Assembly: GCA_947174885.1 (NCBI GenBank) | Contig: CAMWKO010000012.1 | Location: 7,640-71,639, forward strand | DNA length: 64,000 bases | Direction of reading: 5' to 3' | Source of the DNA: an uncultured Clostridia bacterium | Lineage (GTDB): Bacteria; Bacillota; Clostridia; Lachnospirales; Lachnospiraceae | Part shown: piece by piece, positions 48,648 to 57,526 of the stretch | Layout: every line of letters begins with the position of its first letter | How positions within the stretch are numbered: position 1 is the stretch's first letter | The notes under the pieces: model-generated | The model's input: the letters and a program-made list of their open reading frames with translations, nothing else | What the model was told of the DNA's origin: nothing | Database searches by the model: none | Position numbers and translations under genes: made by a program

Positions 48648-49491
48648 AATTTTGAACCTCCTCAATAATATTTTTTGGGGTTGAAGCCCCTGCTGTAATA
48701 CCAATCGCTTTCGATGGTAATAACTTCAAATTTTTCATATCCTCTACTGTCTGGATAAAGAAAGTATTTTCACATTCCTCTTTACAAATCTCATAGAGTT
48801 TCTGTGTGTTTGAGCTACTCTTCCCACCAATGACTATCATTGTATCTACGCTCTTTGCTATCTTACGTGCTTCTAATTGTCGCTCATTAGTAGCATTACA
48901 TATAGTATTAACAACTATTATATCATATAACTTTTTGGCAAGAATTTCAACTAAATAATTAAATTTCTTGTAATTAAATGTCGTTTGGGATACAATACAT
49001 AACTTTGACGTTTCTTCTGTTTCAAATGCCAATGCATCTTCCTCTGTATTTATAATGGTAGTTTTTGTAATACACCAGCCTTTTATACCCTCAACTTCAG
49101 GATGTTTAGCATTTCCAATAATTACAATTTCATAGTTCTCTTTTCCTTTTTCAAAAACCGTGTCATGAATTTTTTTTACAAACGGACATGTTGCGTCTAT
49201 AATATCAAAGCCTTTTTCTTTAATTTTGTCATAAACTGACTTGGATACACCATGAGAACGTATAATTACAGTTCCTTTTTCCAAAGTATCAAATTCCTCA
49301 ATAGAATTTACAACTTCAACCCCTTTTCTTTCCAAGTCATTTACTACCTCTTCATTGTGAATAATTGGTCCAAAAGTATATATTTTTCTGTTTTCACCCT
49401 CCTTATGCTTTTCAATTTCTTCATAAACGGTATTTACTGCCCTTGTAACTCCAAAACAAAAACCTGCTGACTTCGCCAATAATATTTCCAC
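48628..49491 (-). CDS. ispH: 4-hydroxy-3-methylbut-2-enyl diphosphate reductase
   Basis: AGFCFGVTRAV, ATCPFV and SSNT motifs. Confidence 0.9.
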   Translation of the reverse strand: MEILLAKSAGFCFGVTRAVNTVYEEIEKHKEGENRKIYTFGPIIHNEEVVNDLERKGVEVVNSIEEFDTLEKGTVIIRSHGVSKSVYDKIKEKGFDIIDATCPFVKKIHDTVFEKGKENYEIVIIGNAKHPEVEGIKGWCITKTTIINTEEDALAFETEETSKLCIVSQTTFNYKKFNYLVEILAKKLYDIIVVNTICNATNERQLEARKIAKSVDTMIVIGGKSSSNTQKLYEICKEECENTFFIQTVEDMKNLKLLPSKAIGITAGASTPKNIIEEVQNYVRIKF

Positions 49492-49495
49492 TATA

Positions 49496-50161
49496 TTATT
49501 TTTTCCTTTCGTTTACTAAATTAATAATAGTGTCTACCACTTCATCTATATTCATATATGAACAATCCACCAATACGGCATCCTCTGCCTGTGTAAGAGG
49601 CGAAATATCACGATGCATATCCCTATAATCCCTATCAATAATATCCTTTTCTATTTCATCAAGATTACAGTCAATCTTATTTTCAATAAGTTCCTTATAT
49701 CTTCTTTCAGCTCTTGTTCTTGTGCTGGCTGTAAGGTATATTTTCAAAAAAGCATCCTTTAGTACACAAGTTCCAATATCCCTGCCATCCATAATTACAT
49801 CCTGCTTCTTGGCAAGACTTCTTTGCAGTTCTACAAGCTTCTCCCTTACAGGTCCGTAGACTGAAATAGCTGAGGTCATATTTGAAACCTCTTCAACTCT
49901 GATATAACCATTTACATTTTCTCCATTTAGATATACCTGCTGAACACCATTTTCATAATTTATAGTCACATCACATTCCATACAGATCTTAATAACATTT
50001 TCTTCATCAGATGCTTCTATACCTTTCCTTATACAGGCAAGTGCCATGGCTCTATACATAGAGCCTGTATCTACATAGATATATCCAAGTTTTTTTGCTA
50101 CAAGTTTTGCTATTGTACTTTTACCCGCTCCTGCCGGTCCATCAATTGCAATATTATACAT
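49496..50161 (-). CDS. cmk: Cytidylate kinase
   Basis: MYNIAIDGPAGAGKST. Start set at the internal Met. Confidence 0.9.
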   Translation of the reverse strand: MYNIAIDGPAGAGKSTIAKLVAKKLGYIYVDTGSMYRAMALACIRKGIEASDEENVIKICMECDVTINYENGVQQVYLNGENVNGYIRVEEVSNMTSAISVYGPVREKLVELQRSLAKKQDVIMDGRDIGTCVLKDAFLKIYLTASTRTRAERRYKELIENKIDCNLDEIEKDIIDRDYRDMHRDISPLTQAEDAVLVDCSYMNIDEVVDTIINLVNERKK

Positions 50162-50192
50162 TTTTCCTACTTTCCGGTGCTTCTCACCTAAA

Positions 50193-51425
50193 TTAATATA
50201 CACTAATACCTGCTAAATAGCCTGTTGAATATGCAATTTGCAGATTATAACCACCTGTAAGTGCATCTAAATCCAGCACTTCACCGGTGAAAAACAGATG
50301 TTTAATTATTTTTGATTCCATTGTAGAGGAATTTATTTCCTTAACCTCAATACCTCCTCTTGTAATAATTGCCTCATTAAAGCCTCTGGTCGAAGTAATT
50401 GTTACCTCAAGGCATTTTAACAATAATACAAGTTTATGTCTTTCTTCTCTTGTAATATCGTGTACCTTTTTAAATTCATCTATACCGGCCAGATTAATTA
50501 TAACAGGTATCAGTTTTTTAGGTAACAAATCATTTAAGGAATTACGAAAATCTTTATTGATATTACTGCTAAAATCCTTAGTTACTCTGGCATCAAGTGC
50601 CTCAAAGCTAAGTGCGGGCTTCAGGTCTATTTTCATTGTAATATTTTCGTTATTAGATATTTTTTCTGTCAGATAGCTGCTGGCACTTAATACTATAGGT
50701 CCACTCACTCCAAAATGGGTAAACAGCATTTCTCCAAATTCAGAATAAAGCTCTTTATCCCCACAATAAAATGCAGCCTTAACATTTTTAAGTGATAGTC
50801 CCTGTAGCTCCTTTATATATTCCTCCTTTGCATTAAATGGTACAAGTGAAGGATATATTTTTGTCACATTATGTCCTACTTCCTTTGCCATTCTGTAACC
50901 GTCACCACTGGAGCCTGTAGTCTGATAAGAATATCCACCGGTAGCTACAATCACATTGTCTGCATATATCTTATTTCCGTTTTCCAATTCTATACCTATA
51001 GCTGTGGTTTCTTTTACAATTACCGATTTTGCAATAGAATTATATTTAATATCTACACCTAATTCCTTCAATCTTTTGCTAAGTGCCATAATTACATCCG
51101 AGGATTTATCTGATACCGGAAATATTCTGTTTCCTCTTTCTATCTTTGTTTCAACTCCCATTTCATTAATAAGCGCTACAATACTGTCATTAGTATATGT
51201 ATAAAAAGCACTGTATAGAAATTTATTATTTCTAATAACATTTTTTAATAAAACATCCATCTCAGAGGCATTTGTAATATTACACCTGCCTTTTCCCGTG
51301 ATATATATCTTTTTTCCAAGCTTTTCATTTTTTTCATATATAGTAACACTATGACCACACTCTGCGGCACCTATGGCAGCCAACATACCACTTGCACCAC
51401 CACCAACAACAATAACTTTACTCAT
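50193..51425 (-). CDS. HI0933/YhiN-family FAD-dependent oxidoreductase
   Basis: VIVVGGGASGMLAA dinucleotide fold. Family-typical C-terminus TGGYNLQ.A..TG. Confidence 0.8.
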   Translation of the reverse strand: MSKVIVVGGGASGMLAAIGAAECGHSVTIYEKNEKLGKKIYITGKGRCNITNASEMDVLLKNVIRNNKFLYSAFYTYTNDSIVALINEMGVETKIERGNRIFPVSDKSSDVIMALSKRLKELGVDIKYNSIAKSVIVKETTAIGIELENGNKIYADNVIVATGGYSYQTTGSSGDGYRMAKEVGHNVTKIYPSLVPFNAKEEYIKELQGLSLKNVKAAFYCGDKELYSEFGEMLFTHFGVSGPIVLSASSYLTEKISNNENITMKIDLKPALSFEALDARVTKDFSSNINKDFRNSLNDLLPKKLIPVIINLAGIDEFKKVHDITREERHKLVLLLKCLEVTITSTRGFNEAIITRGGIEVKEINSSTMESKIIKHLFFTGEVLDLDALTGGYNLQIAYSTGYLAGISVY

Positions 51426-51507
51426 GTTTGTCTCCTAATGCCTCAATCAGAAGTGCCTTCACTTTCAGTTGAAACACAAACTCAAGGTTGAAGTTTCTTT
51501 CAACCTT
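51426..51507 (-). repeat. R-element copy R2: conserved leader ending in the Shine-Dalgarno sequence of the flavoprotein gene
   Basis: Minus strand aaggttgaaagaaacttcaaccttgagtttgtgtttcaactgaaagtgaaggcacttctgattgaggcattaggagacaaacATG. Confidence 0.7.
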
Positions 51508-51589
51508 AAGCCTTTATACTTTTAATACTTTCTTAAGTTTCACAATCACAAAAGACTTGTTTCTTTTTTCTACATAAGTTTACGGATAT

Positions 51590-51620
51590 ATTATAACATA
51601 TTTCTCATTAACCCGTGAAT
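51590..51620 (-). promoter_or_regulatory. Candidate sigma-A promoter with extended -10 (TGtTATAAT)
   Basis: Minus strand ttcacg-18 nt-tataat with TG at -15/-14, about 165 nt upstream of the flavoprotein ATG. Confidence 0.4.
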
Positions 51621-51715
51621 CTCCATAATTAAATGTTTTTACAAGCATATAATTGAAACATATTCTTATAAATAATACATCATATTGGAATTTCTTTCAA
51701 TCAATGTATTTTTAA

Positions 51716-51833
51716 AGTTTCCGTATTTTTTATTTTTAGTTTCAAAAAACTTACATCATCATAACGATGTAAGCATCTTGCCTTTGGCAACAAGACTTTT
51801 TGAAGCTAAAAATAAAAAATACGGAAACTCAAG
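51716..51833. repeat. Internally deleted copy (M5) of the repeat family (lacks the long central hairpin module)
   Basis: agtttccgtattttttatttttagtttcaaaaaacttacatcatcataacgatgtaagcatcttgcctttggcaacaagactttttgaagctaaaaataaaaaatacggaaactcaag. Confidence 0.8.
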
Positions 51834-51893
51834 ATGTATTTTTTTTCTTAAATTACCACATTTTTTATTATGTTGATTTTAACTGCTCTTTTT

Positions 51894-51973
51894 CCTATAA
51901 TTAAAATATAGTTTCTGAATTTTATACTTTTTGTTTATATTATTAATCCTATAATTAAAATACGGAAATTCAG
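51894..51973. repeat. Degenerate minimal element with a 15-nt direct repeat cctataattaaaata (51894..51908, 51948..51962)
   Basis: tagtttctgaattttata and aaaatacggaaattcag resemble the left and right arms. Confidence 0.45.
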
Positions 51974-52115
51974 ATATTATATCACCTATTTGCAGTATAA
52001 AAGGCAATCAGAAAAAGAAAAAAATAAGAAAGGATATAAATACACATCTTTTATCGTATGTGTTTGTCCCTCAAATGAAAATGTAATCATTTTTGCTTGA
52101 GGTCCGGTGCAAATT

Positions 52116-53288
52116 ATGAAAAACTTACTATATATTGCAAAAAAATATTTAACATCAACTATAAAAGGATGCTCTTATTCTTTTATCATTTTATGTGTTT
52201 ACTTTTCTATATCTGTACTATTTTTATCCGGATGTAATACTAATGACTCGAATCTGATAACAGACAGCAGTTCTACTTCTTATGTTTCTGAAAACACTTG
52301 TGCTAATACTACTGATAATATTACTGATAACACGACTTCTTCCATTAATGATACTACAGCTAATTATGTCGATAATACTACAGTTGCTACTGATAATGCT
52401 ACCAACATTACCACTAATTATTTCGATAATTCTACAGCTGCTACTGATAATACTACCAACATTACCACTAATAATGTTGGTAGCACTGACAAAACCACAG
52501 AACCTTCAAATACTAATACAACTGAAGCATCTACTACTAAATATATCAGCATTTCATCAGAAGAAACCACGACACCTGTTTCAGATAATAATACACCTAC
52601 TCTCTTATCTTTTCTAAAAAATGCAATTATGCCCATGGGCACTACTATGTACATCTGGGGTGGTGGATGGAACCAAGCAGATACAGGTGCAGGAATTGAA
52701 GCTATGACTTTTGGATTAAGTCCTGTCTGGATAAACTTTTATAATTCACAAAATTCTTCTTATAACCATGCTCTTCATCGCTATGAAATACATAATGGAC
52801 TTGATTGTTCAGGATATGTGGGCTGGGTTTTATATAACACATTCGGAAATAAATATAGCAATACAGGATATGTATATAAATCCTCAACTATTACATCCAG
52901 ACTTTCAGATATGGGATTGGGAAGTTATCATAACGCTGGTACATATGACTTTAAGCCTGGTGATATATGCAGTATGGCAAAACATGTATGGATTTGCCTT
53001 GGCACCTGTAGTGACGGAAGTGCTTTAGTGCTGCATTCCAGTCCTCCCGGTGTACGTTTATGTGGTACTCTTTTAAGTGACGGTTCTATTAGTGAAGCTG
53101 TTATACTTGCACAGGAAACCATGCGTAAATATTACCCGGACTGGTACTCAAAGTATCCAAATTGTGTTTCTAATTATAGTTTTATTACTACATCGTCCAG
53201 ACTCAGATGGAGTGAAAATGTATTAAAGGACCCTGATGGATTAAGAACTCTAAATGCTTATCAAATTATAGATTATTTAATGAAATAA
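52116..53288 (+). CDS. NlpC/P60-like cysteine peptidase lipoprotein with T/N-rich repeat linker
   Basis: Lipobox LSGC. 19-aa repeat NY(V/F)DN(T/S)T(V/A)ATDN(A/T)TNITT x2. GLDCSGYVGWV catalytic-Cys motif and downstream His (KHVWICLG). Start set at ATG 52116. Confidence 0.7.
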   Translation: MKNLLYIAKKYLTSTIKGCSYSFIILCVYFSISVLFLSGCNTNDSNLITDSSSTSYVSENTCANTTDNITDNTTSSINDTTANYVDNTTVATDNATNITTNYFDNSTAATDNTTNITTNNVGSTDKTTEPSNTNTTEASTTKYISISSEETTTPVSDNNTPTLLSFLKNAIMPMGTTMYIWGGGWNQADTGAGIEAMTFGLSPVWINFYNSQNSSYNHALHRYEIHNGLDCSGYVGWVLYNTFGNKYSNTGYVYKSSTITSRLSDMGLGSYHNAGTYDFKPGDICSMAKHVWICLGTCSDGSALVLHSSPPGVRLCGTLLSDGSISEAVILAQETMRKYYPDWYSKYPNCVSNYSFITTSSRLRWSENVLKDPDGLRTLNAYQIIDYLMK

Positions 53289-53328
53289 TATTTGATATAT
53301 TTATGAAGTCTGTATTCCATTTTATAAT

Positions 53329-53373
53329 GCTCTAAAATAAACAAAACATAAATGACATTTTTTATTTTAGAGC
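53329..53373. terminator. Hairpin between convergent genes, overlapping the rpiR stop
   Basis: gctctaaaataaa ... tttattttagagc, 13-bp stem. Confidence 0.5.
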
Positions 53374-54233
53374 TTATTTATCTCATCTACAGAATATATT
53401 TGATAATCCTCCCAAACACGTTCTACCTCGTTTAGATTTTTTAACACCTTATCATTATTCTTAACACTTAAAGCAACCACTATGGCATTTATAAGGCTAA
53501 GTGGTGCTGTAAGTGAGTCAAAGGTATTAGTCATTTCGCTTTTGGCAATTAAGTTACATGAAGAATATAAACACATTGGAGAACTTTTCGAGTCTGTAAT
53601 TGCAATTACCTTTGCATTTTTGTGATTTGCAAATTCCATAGCCTTAAGAGTTCTCATAGAGTATCTTGGAAAGCTTATCCCTATAAAACAATCTTTTTCA
53701 TTTATTCTAATCGTCTGCTCAAGTATTTCACTGAAACTATTAGTGGATATAACCACTATATTTTCATATATATTTCTTAAGTAAAATCCCAAAATTTCAG
53801 CTAAAGCCATACAGTTTCTGAGTCCGCATATGTATATCTTTTTTGATGAATTTATAATATTAATAGCACTCTCAAATGTATCATTATCTAAAATATCTAA
53901 TGTTAATTTAATTTTTTCAATATCCGAGATCAAAACCTTTTCCAGTATTGGCTGTTTTTTTGCCACATTTGAGGAAATATCTATTTTATCAATGGAAAGT
54001 AATCTCTTTGAGGCATATTCGGTCATAGCCTTCTGAAATTCTGGATAACCATCAAAACCAAGCATAGAGGCAAATCTTACCACTGTAGACTCACTTACAC
54101 CTGTAATCTTTCCAAGCTTTGCAGCCGTCATAAAAACTGCTTTATCAAAATTTCCCATTATAAAATCAGCAATTTTTTTCTGCCCTTTACTCATTCTTGG
54201 CATAATTTCTTTTATGTTTTCAAATAAATCCAT
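53367..54233 (-). CDS. MurR/RpiR family transcriptional regulator (HTH + SIS domain)
   Basis: MSKGQKKIADFIM...AKLGKITGVSESTVVRFA HTH and C-terminal SIS-like region. Start set at MDLFENIKE. Confidence 0.85.
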   Translation of the reverse strand: MDLFENIKEIMPRMSKGQKKIADFIMGNFDKAVFMTAAKLGKITGVSESTVVRFASMLGFDGYPEFQKAMTEYASKRLLSIDKIDISSNVAKKQPILEKVLISDIEKIKLTLDILDNDTFESAINIINSSKKIYICGLRNCMALAEILGFYLRNIYENIVVISTNSFSEILEQTIRINEKDCFIGISFPRYSMRTLKAMEFANHKNAKVIAITDSKSSPMCLYSSCNLIAKSEMTNTFDSLTAPLSLINAIVVALSVKNNDKVLKNLNEVERVWEDYQIYSVDEINKL

Positions 54234-54274
54234 ATTTAATTTACCTATCAATTTTTTATTCAGAAATAGCTATT

Positions 54275-54406
54275 ATTAGCAATGGCGAGCCATATTCCGC
54301 TTCGCTCCTTATGGCTCGCGGGCTTTCGCCCTTTCTAAATAACTATATAATACTTTACCTAAGCAAGCTTAGTTAAAGTATTATATAGTTATTTAGACAT
54401 TGCTCA
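54275..54406 (-). promoter_or_regulatory. Candidate structured 5' leader RNA (three hairpins closed by a 7-bp helix), locally GC-rich
   Basis: agcaatg/cattgct closing helix. gcgagccat...atggctcgc. gggc-GAAA-gccc on the minus strand. 23+6-bp AT-rich palindrome at 54335..54396. Confidence 0.45.
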
Positions 54407-54420
54407 TTTCTTTCGCGTAC

Positions 54421-54449
54421 ATTATAACAGATATATTGTTAATTGAAAA
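54421..54449 (-). promoter_or_regulatory. Candidate promoter with extended -10 for the rpiR leader
   Basis: Minus strand ttttca-17 nt-tataat with TG at -15/-14 (ctgttataat). Confidence 0.4.
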
Positions 54450-54486
54450 GAAAAGAACTTCCAGAAAAATTCTGAAAGTTCTTTTA
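54449..54486 (-). terminator. Intrinsic terminator after the small peptide gene
   Basis: Minus strand agaactttcag aattttt ctggaagttct followed by tttcttttc. Confidence 0.65.
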
Positions 54487-54500
54487 TGTATAGTTTATAA

Positions 54501-54590
54501 TTAGAAATTAATAATACCATAAACTATAACTATAGCTACAACTGCCAACCCCATGAAAACTGTGGATAATATATTTTTTGTCTTGTTCAT
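54501..54590 (-). CDS. 29-aa hydrophobic peptide (MNKTKNILSTVFMGLAVVAIVIVYGIINF)
   Basis: Own translation. ggagg 6 nt upstream of the ATG at 54590. Own terminator downstream. Below the ORF-track size cutoff. Confidence 0.45.
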   Translation of the reverse strand: MNKTKNILSTVFMGLAVVAIVIVYGIINF

Positions 54591-54811
54591 ATTCTACCTC
54601 CTATAATTCAAAATATTCACGAAACACAATAATATAGTACTTTTGACCTAGTTCTATTCTAACACTATTTTACCCACCTGTCTACTTCTTTGAAATTATT
54701 TACAAAAATTTTACTTTACATTTTCAAAAAATATGTTTTCTTATACAATCTCTTTTTAAGCACAGAGCATTTTCATATAATAATATTTTATTAAAGTTTT
54801 TCCTATTATAT

Positions 54812-54847
54812 AAAAAATCAGGTGCAGAATTTTCTGCACCTGATTTT
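54812..54847 (-). terminator. Intrinsic terminator of the decarboxylase operon
   Basis: aaatcaggtgcaga attt tctgcacctgattt with a T6 tail on the minus strand. Confidence 0.7.
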
Positions 54848-54901
54848 AAATTTCAGCTATTTCGGCTTCTTTTAATAGCCTAAATTGTGTATTCGGATAT
54901 T

Positions 54902-56308
54902 CTAAACAGGATAAGCTCCGTTTTCAATATCTGCCTTATTTAAATCAACCTTATCCTTCTGAGCCTTTCTGTATTTAAAGAATTCTGTAGCTACCTGTGG
55001 GAATAACGCATATGATAATACGTCTTCATCCTGCTCTTTCCACTCTGCCATTTCAGCTTCAATCTTGCTTAACTCATTTTCAATCAAATCTGCAGGTCTG
55101 CAGGTAATAGGCTCTTTATCTCCAATAACCTTCTTCTGAACATCTTTATTAAACGGCTTAACAGTTTCACCATATTCACCACTAAGAACTGCCTTACATT
55201 CCTTAGTAGGTGTTTTATATCTTTCCCCGGCAATAACATTAAGAACTGCCTGTGTACCAACAATCTGAGAAGATGGTGTAACTAAAGGTGGCTCTCCAAG
55301 GTCCTTTCTAACCTCCGGAATTTCCTTAAGTACATCATAATATTTATCTTCAGCTTTCATATCCTTAAGCTGTGATACCATGTTTGAAAGCATACCACCA
55401 GGTACCTGATATAATAATGTCTTAATATCAACACCCATAACCTTTGGATTAAGAAGTCCGCTGGCAAGTGCTTCGTCTCTCATAGGTCTGAAATAATCAG
55501 CAATTTCTGCTAATAAGTTCTGATCAAAACCGGTATCATACTCTGTACCCTTAAAGGTTTCAACCATAACCTCTGTAGCCGGCTGACTTGTACCCATTGA
55601 GAATGGTGACATTGCGGTATCAATAACATCTACTCCTGCTTCAACAGCCTTAAGATAAGTCATTGAAGCAACACCTGAAGTATAGTGAGTATGAAGCTGA
55701 ATAGGAATATTAACGGTTTCCTTTAAAGCTCCAATAAGCTCTGTAGCCTTGTAAGGAACTAATAGACCTGCCATATCCTTAATACAGATAGAATTTGCAC
55801 CCATATCCTCAATTCTCTTTGCAATATCCTTCCAATATTCAAGAGTATATGCATCACCCAAAGTATATGATAATGCCACCTGTGCATGACCTTCTTCTTT
55901 AATAGCAGCATTTACTGCACATTGCAGGTTTCTAATATCATTTAAGCAGTCAAAAATTCTAATAATATCAATACCATTAGCGATTGACTTCTGAACAAAA
56001 TATTCAACCACATCATCTGCATAATGACGGTATCCTAAAATATTCTGTCCTCTAAAAAGCATCTGCAGCTTTGTATTTTTAAATCCATCACGAAGCTTTC
56101 TAAGTCTTTCCCATGGATCTTCCTTTAAAAATCTAAGTGAAGCATCAAATGTTGCACCACCCCAGCACTCTACTGAATGATAACCAACCTTATCCATTTT
56201 ATCAATGATAGGAAGCATCTGTTCTGTTGTCATTCTTGTAGCTATGAGTGACTGATGAGCATCACGTAATACTGTTTCAGTAATTTTAATTGGTTTCTTT
56301 TCTGCCAT
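54902..56308 (-). CDS. Oxaloacetate decarboxylase alpha / transcarboxylase 5S-type carboxyltransferase subunit (no biotinyl domain)
   Basis: 468 aa. ITETVLRDAHQSL, TIM-barrel pyruvate-carboxyltransferase motifs. Ends without an AMKM domain. Confidence 0.85.
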   Translation of the reverse strand: MAEKKPIKITETVLRDAHQSLIATRMTTEQMLPIIDKMDKVGYHSVECWGGATFDASLRFLKEDPWERLRKLRDGFKNTKLQMLFRGQNILGYRHYADDVVEYFVQKSIANGIDIIRIFDCLNDIRNLQCAVNAAIKEEGHAQVALSYTLGDAYTLEYWKDIAKRIEDMGANSICIKDMAGLLVPYKATELIGALKETVNIPIQLHTHYTSGVASMTYLKAVEAGVDVIDTAMSPFSMGTSQPATEVMVETFKGTEYDTGFDQNLLAEIADYFRPMRDEALASGLLNPKVMGVDIKTLLYQVPGGMLSNMVSQLKDMKAEDKYYDVLKEIPEVRKDLGEPPLVTPSSQIVGTQAVLNVIAGERYKTPTKECKAVLSGEYGETVKPFNKDVQKKVIGDKEPITCRPADLIENELSKIEAEMAEWKEQDEDVLSYALFPQVATEFFKYRKAQKDKVDLNKADIENGAYPV

Positions 56309-56335
56309 TTTATATCACCAAGTCCTTTCACAAAT

Positions 56336-57481
56336 TTATAAGAATATTGCCATGAATGTACCAGCTGCTACAGCCGTACCGATAACACCTGCAACATTTG
56401 GTCCCATAGCGTGCATAAGCAAGAAGTTTGTTGGATCTGTCTCCGCACCTACCTTTTGTGAAACTCTTGCAGCCATAGGTACTGCAGATACACCTGCTGA
56501 ACCAATAAGCGGATTAATTTTACCACCACTAAGCTTGCACATAAGTTTACCAATAATAACACCTGCCGCAGTACCAAATGCAAACGCAATAAGTCCTAAA
56601 GCTACAATTTTTAATGTATTAAGGTTTAAGAATGCTTCTGCACTTGTAGATGCACCAACTGAAGTACCAAGTAAAATTACAACAATGTACATAAGCGCGT
56701 TTGAAGCTGTTTCCGTAAGCTGTTTAACAACTCCGGATTCTCTGAATAAATTACCTAACATAAGCATTCCAACAAGCGGAGCTGTTGTAGGTAATATTAA
56801 ACAAACAATTATTGTAACAACAATAGGGAACAATATTTTCTCAAGCTTTGAAACAGGTCTGAGCTGCTCCATCTTGACAGCTCTTTCCTTCTTTGTGGTA
56901 AGAAGCTTCATAATAGGTGGCTGAATAATCGGAACAAGTGACATGTATGAATATGCCGCTACAGCAATAGGTCCCATAAGCTCACCCTGACCAAGCTTAC
57001 CGGCAAGGAATATTGATGTAGGACCATCAGCACCACCGATAATAGATATCGCTGCCGCTGCCAGATCATTAAAGCCCATTAAGATTGCCATAAAGTAAGC
57101 CGCATAAATACCAAACTGTGCCGCCGCACCAAGTAAAAAGCTCTTTGGATTTGCAATAAGCGGACCAAAGTCTGTCATTGCACCAACGCCCATAAAGATA
57201 AGTGAAGGTAAAATACTCCATTCATCTAAAACATAAAAGTAATGTAACAAACCACCAACACCATTTGATGTTTCTTCCGGTGTTGCCATAATATCCGGAT
57301 AAATATTAACCAGCAACATACCAAAAGCAATCGGAACAAGTAAAAGTGGTTCGTAGCCTTTTTTTATTGCAAGGAATAGGAAAACACAGGCAACTGCTAT
57401 CATTAAATAATTGCCCCACGTCAATCCGAAAAATGCAGACTGATGAATAAGATTTCCTAATGTGTCTAAAACGTAATCCAT
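56336..57481 (-). CDS. Na+-translocating decarboxylase beta subunit (OadB/MmdB/GcdB family)
   Basis: 381 aa polytopic membrane protein. ...IIGGADGPT... and C-terminal GPNVAGVIGTAVAAG are typical of the family. Confidence 0.9.
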   Translation of the reverse strand: MDYVLDTLGNLIHQSAFFGLTWGNYLMIAVACVFLFLAIKKGYEPLLLVPIAFGMLLVNIYPDIMATPEETSNGVGGLLHYFYVLDEWSILPSLIFMGVGAMTDFGPLIANPKSFLLGAAAQFGIYAAYFMAILMGFNDLAAAAISIIGGADGPTSIFLAGKLGQGELMGPIAVAAYSYMSLVPIIQPPIMKLLTTKKERAVKMEQLRPVSKLEKILFPIVVTIIVCLILPTTAPLVGMLMLGNLFRESGVVKQLTETASNALMYIVVILLGTSVGASTSAEAFLNLNTLKIVALGLIAFAFGTAAGVIIGKLMCKLSGGKINPLIGSAGVSAVPMAARVSQKVGAETDPTNFLLMHAMGPNVAGVIGTAVAAGTFMAIFL

Positions 57482-57526
57482 CTTTTAACCTCCTGATGTA
57501 GTATTGTGATTAACGAAATATAAAGA

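Noticed and set aside
56352-56924. 190-aa plus-strand ORF opposite the decarboxylase beta subunit
   Set aside because: It is antisense to a highly conserved membrane subunit gene, so it is a shadow ORF.
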